A stretch of DNA of 60,353 nucleotides, filler included, from Basidiobolus ranarum (lineage: Eukaryota): the NCBI GenBank assembly GCA_040143965.1. It is 5 parts of 5 records of this genome, joined end to end, with 100 filler letters (N's around TTAATTAATTAA, not from the genome) between each part and the next. Parts side by side here need not be neighbours in the genome. Positions count along the whole stretch, not along the records: positions 1 to 12,030 come from JASJQH010000572.1; positions 12,131 to 24,138 come from JASJQH010000573.1; 3 more parts are not named here. One strand, 5' to 3'. Each line of letters begins with the position of its first letter. Position 1 is the first letter of the stretch. Position numbers and translations under genes: made by a program. Below the pieces are notes generated by a model. It searched no databases, had not been told where the DNA came from, and saw only the letters and a program-made list of their open reading frames with translations. Positions 1-12,223 of the stretch are shown here, piece after piece.

Positions 1-440
1 AAACCATTACCCAACCCTAAATATGAAGAATTAAGATTTAAGTTAGGATTAAGATATAAGAATATTTAGTTGAGTGGGAGTGTTGAAGTTTATCATCTTT
101 ATTATATTCATTATCTCTATGTTTATACACCTAATTACTTCATATATCACATATAAGTTAGTTAACACTATTTAGTCAAATATCACCTAGCTGAAAATTG
201 GAACATATATTTTATACATATGTGAATAATGTGAGAATTAGCAATTCCATATTGGAAATTTCAAACTTGTCCAAATAGCCCAAAAAATAGCTCATTTTAC
301 TCTCAACGATGTTCTGAACACACCCCCAGTGTTAGTTTTCTGTATTTCCACCAACACATATAAATGCTTTACTACTGAACAATAAATAATTATCTCACAA
401 AGCTATTCACAACTCCACTTTGCAAAAGGTCCTCCAAACA
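1..440 (+). mobile_element. 3' end of a Ty1/copia LTR retrotransposon: RNase H tail, polypurine tract and 3' LTR
   Basis: 1-69 translates KPLPNPKYEELRFKLGLRYKNI*, like the copia RNase H C-terminus. PPT tgagtgggag at 71-80 is followed by TGTTGA at 81. The probable LTR end ...ccaaACA is at 440. Internal motifs (tttcaaacttgt, gttagttt, caataaat) are shared with the other LTR copies in the window. Confidence 0.75.
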
Positions 441-612
441 GCCCATATTTGCCCAATATTTCTCTCTAGCAAGGTGCTATAACCACTGAGCTACCAGTCC
501 TTGTACTGTCATAATCACTGATATCAATTCACCAAATAGTCAGTCTAACATCAAACTTGGGATTAGCCAAAAGCCTAAGATTGTATTGCTAAAGGGGATC
601 AGCTGAAGCCAG

Positions 613-1054
613 TGCTTCCCATTTGGCACTACGCACTTACTATTCAACAACATTCCAATACTACTTACTCAGCTCTATAGTGAACAATTCAATCTGAATT
701 AGTCATGTAGATATGATCCAAGTTTAAATCAATTGGGAAAATGCTTGAAAAGATCAAGACACCATCATGTTTTACCAGCGCTCCCATCAATTTCTACTCA
801 TCTAGGGATTTATTCAATTGCAGAGACTGGAAGTATTAGATTTGTATACACTCAAGTGGAATCTTGAAAATACTTCTGCCTCATAAGTGTTGACAACACT
901 GGGAGTTGTTTATGGATATTGTTAATGTTCCTTAGAGCATCAAATCACATTAGCAGATCTTATGCAGATACAGAAACTGTGCAATGAATTTGTATTTGAA
1001 CATGAGAAACTTTATTACAGGTTTGAAGAAAATAGGCTGACTCTATGCCAGTAA
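613..1054 (+). pseudogene. Degenerate CACTA/EnSpm-type (Tnp2-like) transposase fragment
   Basis: Translation with stops and frameshifts: CFPFGTTHLLFNNIPILLTQLYSEQF ... IKTPSCFTSAPINF ... QHWELFMDIVN ... ITLADLMQIQKLCNEFVFEHEKLYYRFEENRLTLC. This resembles the fungal CACTA transposase pattern FPYDFMHL..N ... PSAF.R.P.N ... E.LYY.....RL..C (recalled, not searched). The region is CpG-depleted. Confidence 0.6.
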
Positions 1055-2554
1055 TCAATAAATTCCCAGCTGGATCTATTGTAATGAGTTAAAGAGATAT
1101 CAGACTATTTTAACCTTCCAACAAAGGGCTCTTTTCAATATGCTCATGGGTTTTTGCATTGTTAGAGCCCATAACTGCAGCAAAACCCAATCCATAGACT
1201 TAGATTGAGTATCTCTAAATTTTAGACTAATTGGTTTGTGTGAAAATCTGATGGTGTTTTGGAGAAAACTGCAAGACAGACTTCTGGGTGAGAAAGATTG
1301 GGATGTGATATAGTATTGCTTTGGCCATAGGGTAATCTGTTTAAGCAATGACCCTTCAACTTATGGGGGGGGGGTATTTTTGATTGGAGGTCAGATATAT
1401 TTTGGCTGCATTCTTTTTGTTGGGAATACAAAACCTAAAATGTCCAAATAATGGTATGTGCATTAACTAGAATTCCTATAGTAGTAAACCCAGTATTTTG
1501 CCATTTGAAATTGTTTTTTTCCAAAAATTCTCAGAAATTGAATAACTAATGCCAAATATTGAGGATCAATATTTCAGCATGTGTGAATACTGTCATAATG
1601 CTGTGAAGAAGCCACCATCAATACATTAAAATATCTGGCAGAATACAAGCCATCAATATTATGACAGTCCTATGATGGTTTGAGCTCAAGATGGGTGTAT
1701 GTAATCCACATGGAGGCACTTTTCTTTTTGTTAGGCAATGTCTTGCACAGAAAGTTTACTTTTCAGCTGAATAAGTCAACATATTACCTGAAGAATAGAG
1801 TAACTGAAGCAGCATCAAAAGTTATATCTAAATAGTGAAGTTTATCCTTATTGTAACAATAGTTTTAAAAAATTTCAAATCATTATAACTATAAAATTTT
1901 CTATTGGGATATTGCAGTAATGTTTAATTTCTTATAAATATTGCTAAAACATAGGGCCGTAACTACATGATTCAATTTGGTTGATCAGCAACATCTCATC
2001 TTTGCTATACCTAAATAGTTTTTTTGTGTGCAACTCATATCAATGAAAAATGTCTTGGTGGATATAGCAGCAATGAGCTCTAATTTATTGCTAAATATAT
2101 GACATTTCACAAAATCCACTAGAAGCAATAAGCCTCTGCACCAAAAATCAACTGCTATGCAAAGAATATACAACTTGATTGTAATTCCAACAATCTAAGT
2201 AGGAGATGATAGACAGTATAAAATAATCTATTTGCTATATTAGTGGCTAGCAATATTCCTTCTGCAGATGCTGATTATTTGTAAGTTGAAAATCCCGTAA
2301 ATTTTCAATTATCGTGAATAGTAGAGACACCTTTTAATATCAAGAAACGTACCAACCCATACTTAAATGTCACTTCCTAGAATGAAAATGTAGCAGAATA
2401 TTGTCATTTTGATGTACAAAGTCCCTATGGAAATAAGCCAAACAGCTCGAAGTAATGAATTAAAGGCAGTTAACATTACTTTGCCAAGAAGGACTTAGCT
2501 GAGAGCTAAAACATATGCTAGTATCTGCGAATAATCTAAGAATCAAAACATCAT

Positions 2555-2700
2555 TCACGATATTTCAAAGTTATCGAAATAAACCCCTAGATAGATCATT
2601 CTTTTTCCACAGATATTCCAAGCATATCCCCGCTCTGTATTTTCTGTATATCCACCAAAAAAGTTTCAATACTTCGCATTAGGTCAATAAATAATTATCT
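2555..2700 (+). repeat. Degenerate partial copy of the copia LTR at 81-440
   Basis: atttcaaagttatc...ttttctgtatatccaccaa...caataaataattatct aligns by eye with ~255-395. Confidence 0.5.
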
Positions 2701-4883
2701 TCGTTGTCAATCACGACACCATTATCAAAAATATTCACCGTGAGACCCAAACAATTCCAAAACGGCTTACTCGGTACCAGGCAGGACATGGTAGGGTTAG
2801 GGTTGCAGTGAGTCAAGAAAAAGATGGTAGTAGAGTAACAAAGATATGGTTTGATTGGCACAATCACTAACCACCGATTTAGGGATATGTCATATAGTAG
2901 AGATTATGCGAATCAAAGGTAGTCTCAGGACTCAGTGTGTATATCGATTTAGTAATCAACATTAACCAACACTGCGCAGTGATAGCTCCAGTTATGCAAT
3001 TGAGAATATTATGTATCAATTTAAAAATTCATTTCCAGATGCTCACTGCATTCACTTTGAGTGAAATGCTTATTTAATGCCACCAAAGATCAGCCTTGAA
3101 TAAATACATAAATAAACACTATGCTCTCTACCATTGATCCAGTCACATATCATTCAGAATACAGAGTCTAGCAAAGTAGCAAATACTCCGTGCTACCGGA
3201 CAGCAGATGCTGGTCACTGTCTGCTACAGTAGTGTCGATTTTCTCCACTAATATCTCGAGCATAACTAACTCCTGGATCCTGCATCGAACCATATGCTTA
3301 GTCCAAGCAGATTCTAAACCGTGAGTCACCTAACGATCAGATACTTCCCTTATTCACTGGATCAATTTGTAATTCCAGATCCAATTGCCCCATGCGAGAT
3401 ATCATCATCTCTGAAACCCACAACTGCCCATACTTCATAGAGATAAGACTGAGACTTGGAAAATCAGGGACTATACAAATGCAGATCCTCGTATGGGGGT
3501 CAAGTATAATTTAGAAAATAAAGACGCATGACATTCGACGTATATGGAAAATTCTGAGCAAAATGGATTGCTATATCAGGTAGCTCGATCACGGGATTCA
3601 AGTTATCATAGCCAAGAGCTAAGGAAATATTTGATGTTTAAGTGTGCAAAATATACACCTATGTTTGGTGGCTAATAAGCATTAGTTACTTCGGTAGATA
3701 AAGCATCCATTTTTAAGTGTAACATAAACAACACTGGAACTCCCCTGTAAAAACTCATTCACTACAGCTAGAGTTTGTATCTTTAGATACACTATCCTTC
3801 ATTAGCATGGCATATCCACTGTCTACACTATTCTTTGCGTATCATTTAATGAATTGTAAGCCCCGGCTTCTAACTCTGAGGTATTAGACTCCTCCATAGA
3901 TAGAGTATCTGAGCAACTTGACAACAATGGAGATAAAATGAGTTACACCGGGAATAATTAGTGCTTATTTGCAGATCTTAACAGGTGCACGTGAATCTGA
4001 TTATGGCTGGTATAAAGACATACCATGCGTGTCTATGCGTACGTATCCCGTGGTTCTTGTTCACTATCTCATTGAAACTTTTCTTTTCCTCCTTGGTTTG
4101 GAAACATGAACAACAAGTGACGTATATAGATCAGCTACTAAAATTAAATCAGCTACTAGATATAGATCTGCATTAATCTAAGATCAAATCTGGCAAATAC
4201 AATTCTATATTTAATTTGAATCCGTACTTTTCTAGATCAACTAGCCCCAACCCCTAAAATCTCGCTTGAGTGCTCTGACTTAGGCATCAAAGTCTCCACT
4301 ATATTAAAGGAGCTTTGATCAACAATACAGGCACTATGAATTGAAAATAATTGAAACATAATACAATTCACATTTCATGTGCATATCCAGGATATTAACT
4401 GCGCCTATTCCAAGGCATTCGTTGTGCACATTTATCAAACCAGTCCAGTAAGAGCTCATTCCGTTTCGCATTGGCTAGAACAACTGTTAATACTGGAGTC
4501 GGTCAAAAGGGGTCGCTGAAAATCCAACACGATGCACACAAAAATAAATCCATCATAATGCGTGTAAAGGACCATAGCATGTCGGATCCAGCAGATGTTA
4601 TGTGTAGCAGGGTTGGAAGAGAAACAAGGGTGACGCACAGATGATTGAATCCATTTGAGACATGATAAGTCAACAATAAGCAGGTATAATAGGGCACACA
4701 AAGAAATTTATTACTTCGTTACATAATGGAACCGAAAAGAGCATACAAAATACGGTAGGGTGTGGAATAAGAGAGACGCACATATCGAATGATAACAGCT
4801 ACAGTATGAGTTGTCGACGGATTTATCAATTTACTTAAATAGGACGATATGTGTTGAGTGTTTTCCTAAATCACTTTGAAAAC

Positions 4884-6893
4884 ATGCCTATCTACCACGA
4901 GAATAATCTAAGTAACTTTGTGCAAGACGACAAAGTACCAGTGTTGGACTCTAAAGTATCTGGTGAGCAAGGAAGAATTGGACTCGAAGGATCAGGAAAC
5001 TGCATTCTAAATGGTCATAGGTACTCATTTGGTGCTAGGAGATCCAGTCAAAATCTTAAGGCCTTGAGAAGTCCAGGAAATAGAAAGTTTGGCAAAAGCG
5101 GGGTTGAGACGAAGAGAAGCCCTGGGTCAGGCCTCAGTGGCACTTACACAGGGGGAAAAGGTGTTGTGTCAGGATCTAGTTTGGGACTAGCTATGTTGGA
5201 TTATAGTAAGTGGGCTAACCCAGCTATGGGATGTTTGGGCACTCATGAACTGGAGTGTTCGCCGTCTGTTGGCAGTCGCTTAACTGAATATCTAAACATT
5301 CGTGACAGTGACAATGACGCGGTTGCAAATTTATTGTACAACCAGGCTGACGACATGTACACCACTATTTGCAATCAACTTTCGTGTGGAGGTGGGCTCA
5401 ATTTGATGTTGGCAGGAACATTCTTGTGTATTAGTGTTTGTCGACAGATTAGATTGAGCAACGGCGCTGTACCAGATGTTCGTATGGAAGAGATAGATGC
5501 GAAGATAAAAACTATCGTGAAGCCGAAAGTAGAGCCTCAGTTTGAGCAGGGCTGGTTTTCAACAGCTCACGAGCATCTATTGGTGTGGGAGAGGTTGTTG
5601 CTGCGTAGACCAAACAAATTCAAGCAGGGACGTGCTTTGAATATTCTAGTATATTACGCCGGCTGCTATTTTGGGTGCATGGATGAGTTACCGCCTGTGA
5701 GTGAGCTGATATTAAGCATGACACCGGCACTGGACTATGGTGTTTGGTACGATGGCCTATTACGTACTGAGAATCAAGAATACAGCGGTGAGATAGTAGA
5801 GGACTTAATGCTAGCAGTCCACGATTCGTTGGACGATGACGAGGCAGCCGCTCGTCTTACTAAGTGGTGCGGGGTAGCATGCTTCCAGGACTGTATGGTT
5901 CAAACTCGAACAACGTGTGGACCAATTTCGGAATCGGGAGGGTTTGTGTTGCAACATTCTGTGTCCCCACTGGACGTAATGATCATGCGAAGCTTGGATG
6001 CGATGGGTTGGCCATATGGTAGCAAGAATGGACGACTCTGGCTAGATCCCGAAGAACTCGAGTATCAAGTGCTTAATTATTTACCTCATGATATCATGGA
6101 CATGTGGAAAGACTACGTAGGAGGTGAGCCAAATAATGGCATGCGTTTGCATGACCTCTCTAGTATTGGGGATGTATGGCAGAGTTCGATGATTCTTGGT
6201 TGGACCGGGTTGCGTAGCATTTGGTTATCGCATGTTGCTTGCAGAAATGGTGACCCAAGAGGCGGAGTTGGTATAGCTACAGGTCTATTTACTGTAGTAA
6301 GTAGCAGACAGAGGCGACTATTCGGATCCATGTTACAAGTGCTATCTTTATTTAGTATAGAGTCGAGAAGGCAATGGTTTGCAGACTTTGAAGGAAACTG
6401 TCCGCGGGATATGTACTCATGCTATAGCGAGTTATTGTGTGGTACCGAGTTTAAATGGGATGCAGCAATACCCAACCACTGGCCGAGCGGACTACTGAAG
6501 GTAATACGTGAAGTATTGAAGTGTGATGGGTACCAGCCCAACACACCACTTTCTCAGTGGCTACTCCAGCCGGTGCAATGCGAAGCATCAAGTGAAATGC
6601 ATAAATTGTTAGTAAGTGATTTGTGTCATCTTATAGTGTGTGGGTCCGCCCAGGATCTGTTGACAGCTAGCAAAGATTATGATGAAAGAGTCGACGTAGC
6701 GTTTGGTAGATTGGGAGAGTTCGCTGAAGATGCAGGTAGCGATGTGTCGATTGTGAAAAAGATTCTTTTGAATGTCGGAGCCTGGAGTTTGGGAATCCCG
6801 GTTTTGGCAAATCTCTGTGGCTACGCACTATTGGACAAATATAAACCCGCTTTACTAGCTAGCCGGGAGGAGTTCATGAAGTTCATTAAATAG
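4884..6893 (+). CDS. Intronless ~669-aa protein of unknown function; candidate endogenous viral element (dsRNA mycovirus, chrysovirus-like)
   Basis: Uninterrupted 2-kb ORF; the first in-frame ATG is at 4884 (aaacATG). The coding strand has G>>C skew and higher GC than the flanks. I recognise no fungal domain. The N-terminus has EGSGNCILNG, resembling the OTU-like GDGxC motif. The ORF itself is well supported; the viral origin is inference. Confidence 0.6.
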   Translation: MPIYHENNLSNFVQDDKVPVLDSKVSGEQGRIGLEGSGNCILNGHRYSFGARRSSQNLKALRSPGNRKFGKSGVETKRSPGSGLSGTYTGGKGVVSGSSLGLAMLDYSKWANPAMGCLGTHELECSPSVGSRLTEYLNIRDSDNDAVANLLYNQADDMYTTICNQLSCGGGLNLMLAGTFLCISVCRQIRLSNGAVPDVRMEEIDAKIKTIVKPKVEPQFEQGWFSTAHEHLLVWERLLLRRPNKFKQGRALNILVYYAGCYFGCMDELPPVSELILSMTPALDYGVWYDGLLRTENQEYSGEIVEDLMLAVHDSLDDDEAAARLTKWCGVACFQDCMVQTRTTCGPISESGGFVLQHSVSPLDVMIMRSLDAMGWPYGSKNGRLWLDPEELEYQVLNYLPHDIMDMWKDYVGGEPNNGMRLHDLSSIGDVWQSSMILGWTGLRSIWLSHVACRNGDPRGGVGIATGLFTVVSSRQRRLFGSMLQVLSLFSIESRRQWFADFEGNCPRDMYSCYSELLCGTEFKWDAAIPNHWPSGLLKVIREVLKCDGYQPNTPLSQWLLQPVQCEASSEMHKLLVSDLCHLIVCGSAQDLLTASKDYDERVDVAFGRLGEFAEDAGSDVSIVKKILLNVGAWSLGIPVLANLCGYALLDKYKPALLASREEFMKFIK

Positions 6894-8811
6894 TTGTCAA
6901 TTATTGATTTCATAGTTTCCTGTCAAGAACATAATTCGTGTCCGTGGAAACAATTATTAGCTTAGCCGTATTGCACATCAATTGTTGCTCTAGCTTTATG
7001 TTGTATTGCACAAGTGTCCAAGGTTTCAAGTAGATTAAATGGGTAACGCTGACTTTTCTCTCTCCTTCTTTGTTCACTCATCTTATAGCATAATATGATC
7101 ATATTGCCAAGTGACTATCTTTACTTCCTTTACTGTTTGCGAAGCGCAACGTTGAGTACATTGCAAACTGCATCACTGCGTGGAATATAACAAACGACTC
7201 GTGACAGTGGAATACACACTTGATATCACAATATGGCTATAGGGGATGAAGAGTAACGGAAAGTAATAACTGTAGTACATCACTCTAAATAAAGAGCCTA
7301 ATAGAAGCAAGTGATAGACATCTATGAAGCCTAAGCCAAAAATAGAGAGTTGCACTTAGCTTAGGGTAATACCTTATATATTTTTCCTTAGCTTTGTCTG
7401 CATGGGCGAGGAGCGTTTTCTGTCCATGGATAAGTCACTACTGTTGCAACCTCGTTCAAGACCTTGCTGGCTGAGTTTACTGCTGTTTTCGATTAGATAT
7501 ACTCTTTGTAACTGATAATTCTCAGAGGACGCCCAAACCAGTATATCCTTTTGTCAGGTGACAGTATTTTCTTCAACATCATCAGAGATGCTATATATGT
7601 TTCCCGCAGCCACTTCGGAAGAAGATAAAGGAAAAACATTCTCCATACTACTCTCGTATTTTGCGATTCTGCTCAGTGTGTATGTTAATAAAGAAAGTGT
7701 TTTCCATTTTGATGATTTTCAAGTCAAAATCTTGATTAATGATTGTGCCTCATAAAATTGCAATTCCATTTGAAGAAAGTATCATGCATAGTTGATATGT
7801 AGATTTACAGTTACTTTCTTGGGAAAATACTTTTAACCTACAGAGACGGACCACAAAAGCCCACAAATATGAATTATGAAGAGTAAACGATATGAAAATA
7901 TTCTTCAGCCTGGAATACACCAACTTGGAACATTATTGAAGTTTTTGGATTGGCAACTGCTTGTGTATTAGTAAACTATGATACTATTCAGAAACTGGTA
8001 AGATACTTCTTCAAATAGAAATGCTAAAGTTACAACTTATAGTCAATGCATTTGAGAAAGGCAAAAGCCAACAAATACTTATCTAGCACTGTGATGTAGC
8101 TGATTATCAAGCGAATATTTTAATCTTGCTTTTGTACTAAAACAATAATTTCCTACATCAACAGCTAGTTAAGACTATGAAAAATTGTCTAAAATCTCCG
8201 ATGGCGTAATAATTACCAGACTATCATCATGTGATTCCAGAAGATACACATCATGAAGGAAGTGATTATAATATATGTCAGTTTTAATAATCATCTGTTA
8301 GTAAGATAGTTTCGATATGTATACATAGGTTGCTAACGCTGCCTACTAACTTGTATCTAAAGCTATTAATTTCAATAAGCCATCCAATGAAGTGTGATCT
8401 AACTCATTGCACTACAACAGCAGAATTCGTACATTTCTGATTAGAAAGATCCAACTAAGAACCTGCCAGCATAGCTTACATATTGTATGGAAATGGAAGT
8501 TTGACTGGGCCTCTTAGTGAGCAAGCAAATCTCTATTTGAATGCTGCAGCAACACGTAATCCTATAGCTAGAGTTGCGTATCCTTGTTACAATAAGCATA
8601 TTAGATGTTTGGATTAGCTACGATAAGACCGTCGTGGATCCCAAGTTCCATTTTAAACCTACATTTCAGGAGTAAAACTAAGGTCCAATGAGATGAGTAA
8701 ATACAATGCGCATGTACGTATGCTCGCCATCCCTGGTACTTTCAGGGTCATTGTATCATGGAAATCTCTATATAACATGTGGGGTGTCGTGGCTTGAACA
8801 TCAATCTCATC

Positions 8812-11019
8812 ATGATCCTTCTAACTCTTGCATTGATTTTCGTCTCTGTTGCGATTGTTAAAATCAGACGGACCAGGTTATCTCTTCCTAAAGAGTTCCG
8901 AGAGCTTTCTACAACCAATGAAGTTGCAGTGATTTTACGGATGCTGACTGGAATGAGCATGGTTGACATCTTCGAAAGATATTATTCCAGCAAATTACGT
9001 GAAACTGGTATTGCTAGAGTAAGTGCACATGAACAATTCGGAAAGAGTTCTAAAAGACATTACTAAGTTTTCAATCCAACCCTACAGACTTACATTACCG
9101 GAAAATCCGGCGTAATGGTATTCGTACGACTTGCTTTATTACTTTGCTTGATTGTACTAAGAGCATACTTCTTTAGATCTCCAACGCTGAGTACTTCGGG
9201 TATGTACTAAAGAATCCGGGTATGCAGAAAATGGTTCACGCCCCCTTAAAAATTGTCTAAACTTGCCTTGATTACTAGCAACTTTTCCCAAAACTCCTCT
9301 TCTATCCGCTGAGTATGCACTCATGAACAAGTTCTTGGGTAGCAATATAATGTTCATGTATGTTTTAAGCTACGTATTTACCTCGAAATAAGTCTTTTAA
9401 ACATGACTTGCTGACACACTTTCATAGAAATGGCGAGGTTGGATTTCTTGTTGATGAAAGTTAAAATCTTCCCTCTTTTGACAATTTTTTTTGTTCAAGT
9501 CATGGAAATTGCGAAGAGAAATTATTGGCCCTTTGTTTCATCAGGGATGGGAGTCTACCAAATTTGGACAAGTAGTTCAAGAATTCTTCAAATATGTCGA
9601 TAGTGTGGATTCTATTCCAGACCTATACCATGCAATGCAATTGTAAGTTTCTAAACAATAACACTCTTGAAGCCACTTCCTGTTAACAAATATATCTAGA
9701 ATGACCTTGGATATTTTAGGCGCAGTGCTGTTCGGTTTTGACTTTCAGGTACCTAAAAAGTCTTCAATGTCTTCTGAATCTCATTCACAGAGCAAACAAT
9801 TTTATTAGGCAATTAGCCATCCTGATAGCGAGCAAGTTGTTTCTTACTACACAGCTGCTGAAGCGGCCTGTAATACCTTATACATCACCTTTCCAATATT
9901 GGACCGCTTTCCTGTTGGAAAACGATATAAAGAACATCAAGCCGTGGAGTACTTCCGAAGCCTGATGGGTAAACTCGCCAAAGAGAAAGCAAAAACTATC
10001 CAAAATGGGCCGCAAGGCGAGAATGAGAAATCTTCCGATTTACTGACTGCTTTAGTGAAAGCATGGTTAGAAAAAAGGCTAAAATACGAAGAGATGATTG
10101 TAAGGAAAGCAAGCATCAATGCATTAATGTATTGCTAACTAACACCAAGTTTATCGTAGAACGAGATGATTGCACTTATCATTGCTGGGCACGGTAATAA
10201 AAGCCGGTTTCCTTCACACTATAACAACACTGCTAACAACGCTCCACAGATACAACTGCCACTTCACTTTCATGCATTCTCTATATTCTGGCAAAGCACC
10301 CAGAGGTTCAAAGTAAAGTCAGAGACGAGGTCAACTATCACTTACAATCTCATACTTCCTCTACGCAGATTCCCAGCTTAGCAGAAATTAAATGTATCAA
10401 TCTAATAACTGCCATCATAAGCATAATACATAGCTAATAATTTGTCGTAGCTCTGCAATATCTAGATGCTGTAATCAACGAAACTCTTCGCATTTACCCC
10501 CCAATCCCCTTACTACCAAGTCGCGCGGCTGCTTGTGACACATATATTGGGAATATACCCATTCCGAAAGGAACCCTGGTCACTTTAAACATTCATGCTA
10601 TGCAGTGGGACAAAAAATACTGGGAAAATCCGGCCAAGTTTGACCCCGATAGATGGATGCAGTCCGGGAAGGCAGTCCGAGATCTACCGGGATGGGGCCC
10701 CTTTACTGGTGGCGAGCGAACATGTTAGTAATCAAGTTTATATCAAACCACTCCGTAAATAACACTTCTCTTCTATAGGCATTGGCCGAGCCTTTTCAAG
10801 GAACAAGATGAAAATAGCGCTATCGATGCTAAGTAAACTACATTTCCAAACACACGTTATCCACGAGATACTAACTGATATCTTGTACTTACATTAGCTC
10901 GAAGATATCAGCTTTCCCTTCCCGAGGATAGTCCCCACAAGGAGTCCATTCAATTTGGATCCTCAATTGTGTTCAATCCTCAGCATCTTAGAGTCAATTT
11001 TACCAAATTGACGCAGTGA
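8812..11019 (+). CDS. Cytochrome P450 monooxygenase, ~12 introns
   Basis: N-terminal TM anchor MILLTLALIFVSVAIVK. After splicing: C-helix WKLRR, I-helix AGHDTTA, K-helix ETLR, PERF-like FDPDRW and heme motif FTGGERTCIG. Stop TGA at 11017-11019. Confidence 0.95.
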
Positions 11020-11230
11020 CATTTACTGAAGCACTTATTTAGTAGGAAAATACTGTATTTTAGCTTCTCTGGCTCCCTTTAGCTATATTATTAAAAATAT
11101 CTCCGTAATTGATTTCCAAATAATTCTTTAATAATTAACGGACTGTGAAATCATGCCATCCAGTGATGAAAATGTTTTCGCCTTTTATTCAACACTGCAC
11201 AATTGCTAATGACGCAAATTTTGTACTTGT

Positions 11231-12030
11231 GGTTAGGGGGTGAAAAGCACCTGGTGGTGTGGACTTTATTTGGCTTATATACTATTCTAATCTAAGTGAC
11301 AATCAAGTCATTAATCATTTAAGAGATTTTGACAATACTGGACCATATTCATACTTAAATTGTTGACCTTAGGGGGATTAAAAGGGTTACGGGGATACAA
11401 AGCACCAGAAAGTGTAATCTTTATTTGTCTCAGGTCATACAACAAAAATAAATAAAGAAGCTAAGATGAAAATAAAAGTCAAAAGTTAAGTTAACTAAGG
11501 CCTATTTAGGGAACCTTCCCAAACCGCATCATATAAAACAGTAATTTGGGCATGGGGGATCATAAGCACCAAAAGTTGTAATATTTATTTATCAATTTAA
11601 ACAAACTGAATAAGTAAATAAGCCAAGTTAAAACATAATATTCAAAGATAAAGTCAAGATATTGACAGAGCCAAGTTTCCTACTAAGCTAGGCCTTAGAG
11701 TATTCCAGATAGGATGGAGCCAAGAGTCAAGTATTGCAGAAGGGATTGGGCCTAAGTAGAGTTTTCCAGAAGAGATGGAGCCAAGAGTTGCGAGTTTCTA
11801 GTGAGCTAGACCTGAGGGTTGCTAATAGTTATAACTTGCTGTAAGCTGAGAAATAAGAGCTGGGAAGGTGCCTTCAGTTCCTTCCCAAGTAAGCATGAAC
11901 AAAGTGAGAGGAGTATAGAAGAAGAGAGAGGAGTTTGGGAGGGTGGGTGGCAAATCAGAGGGTATAGATATTCTGGTAAGGGTAAGGGAGGGTAAGGATG
12001 AAAAGAGGGGGTCTGGGAGATGCAGTCCCC
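11231..12030. repeat. Degenerate tandem repeats at contig end (probable TE terminus)
   Basis: Three ~155-165-nt units start at ~11231, 11385 and 11548 (gg..ggggg/a..aagcacc..gtgt/ttgt..tttattt). Shorter gagccaag repeats follow at ~11665-11790, then a purine-rich tail. CpG-poor. Confidence 0.55.
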
Positions 12031-12130
12031 NNNNNNNNNNNNNNNNNNNNNNNNNNNNNNNNNNNNNNNNNNNNTTAATTAATTAANNNNNNNNNNNNNN
12101 NNNNNNNNNNNNNNNNNNNNNNNNNNNNNN
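12031..12130. other. Artificial contig spacer
   Basis: 100 nt: 44 N + TTAATTAATTAA (stops in all six frames) + 44 N. Confidence 0.98.
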
Positions 12131-12223
12131 CTTCAGTAGAAGAACATTCAACTTGACATTCAGTCTGGTGTTGACCGTTCAGATATCTGGGAAGAACTTA
12201 ATACAGAGTGGCACAATATTGCA

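Noticed and set aside
2790-2805. Telomere-like gggttagggtt (also ccctaa at 15-20 and ~57030)
   Set aside because: At most two units and internal, which is expected by chance.
4851-6893. ORF-track length of 680 aa coincides with the yeast L-A totivirus Gag length
   Set aside because: The count starts at a GTG and the ATG-initiated product is 669 aa. I see no sequence resemblance to L-A Gag, so length was not used as evidence.
12075-12086. Recurrent palindrome TTAATTAATTAA every ~12 kb
   Set aside because: It is embedded in N runs of fixed length and is an artificial six-frame-stop linker, not biology.
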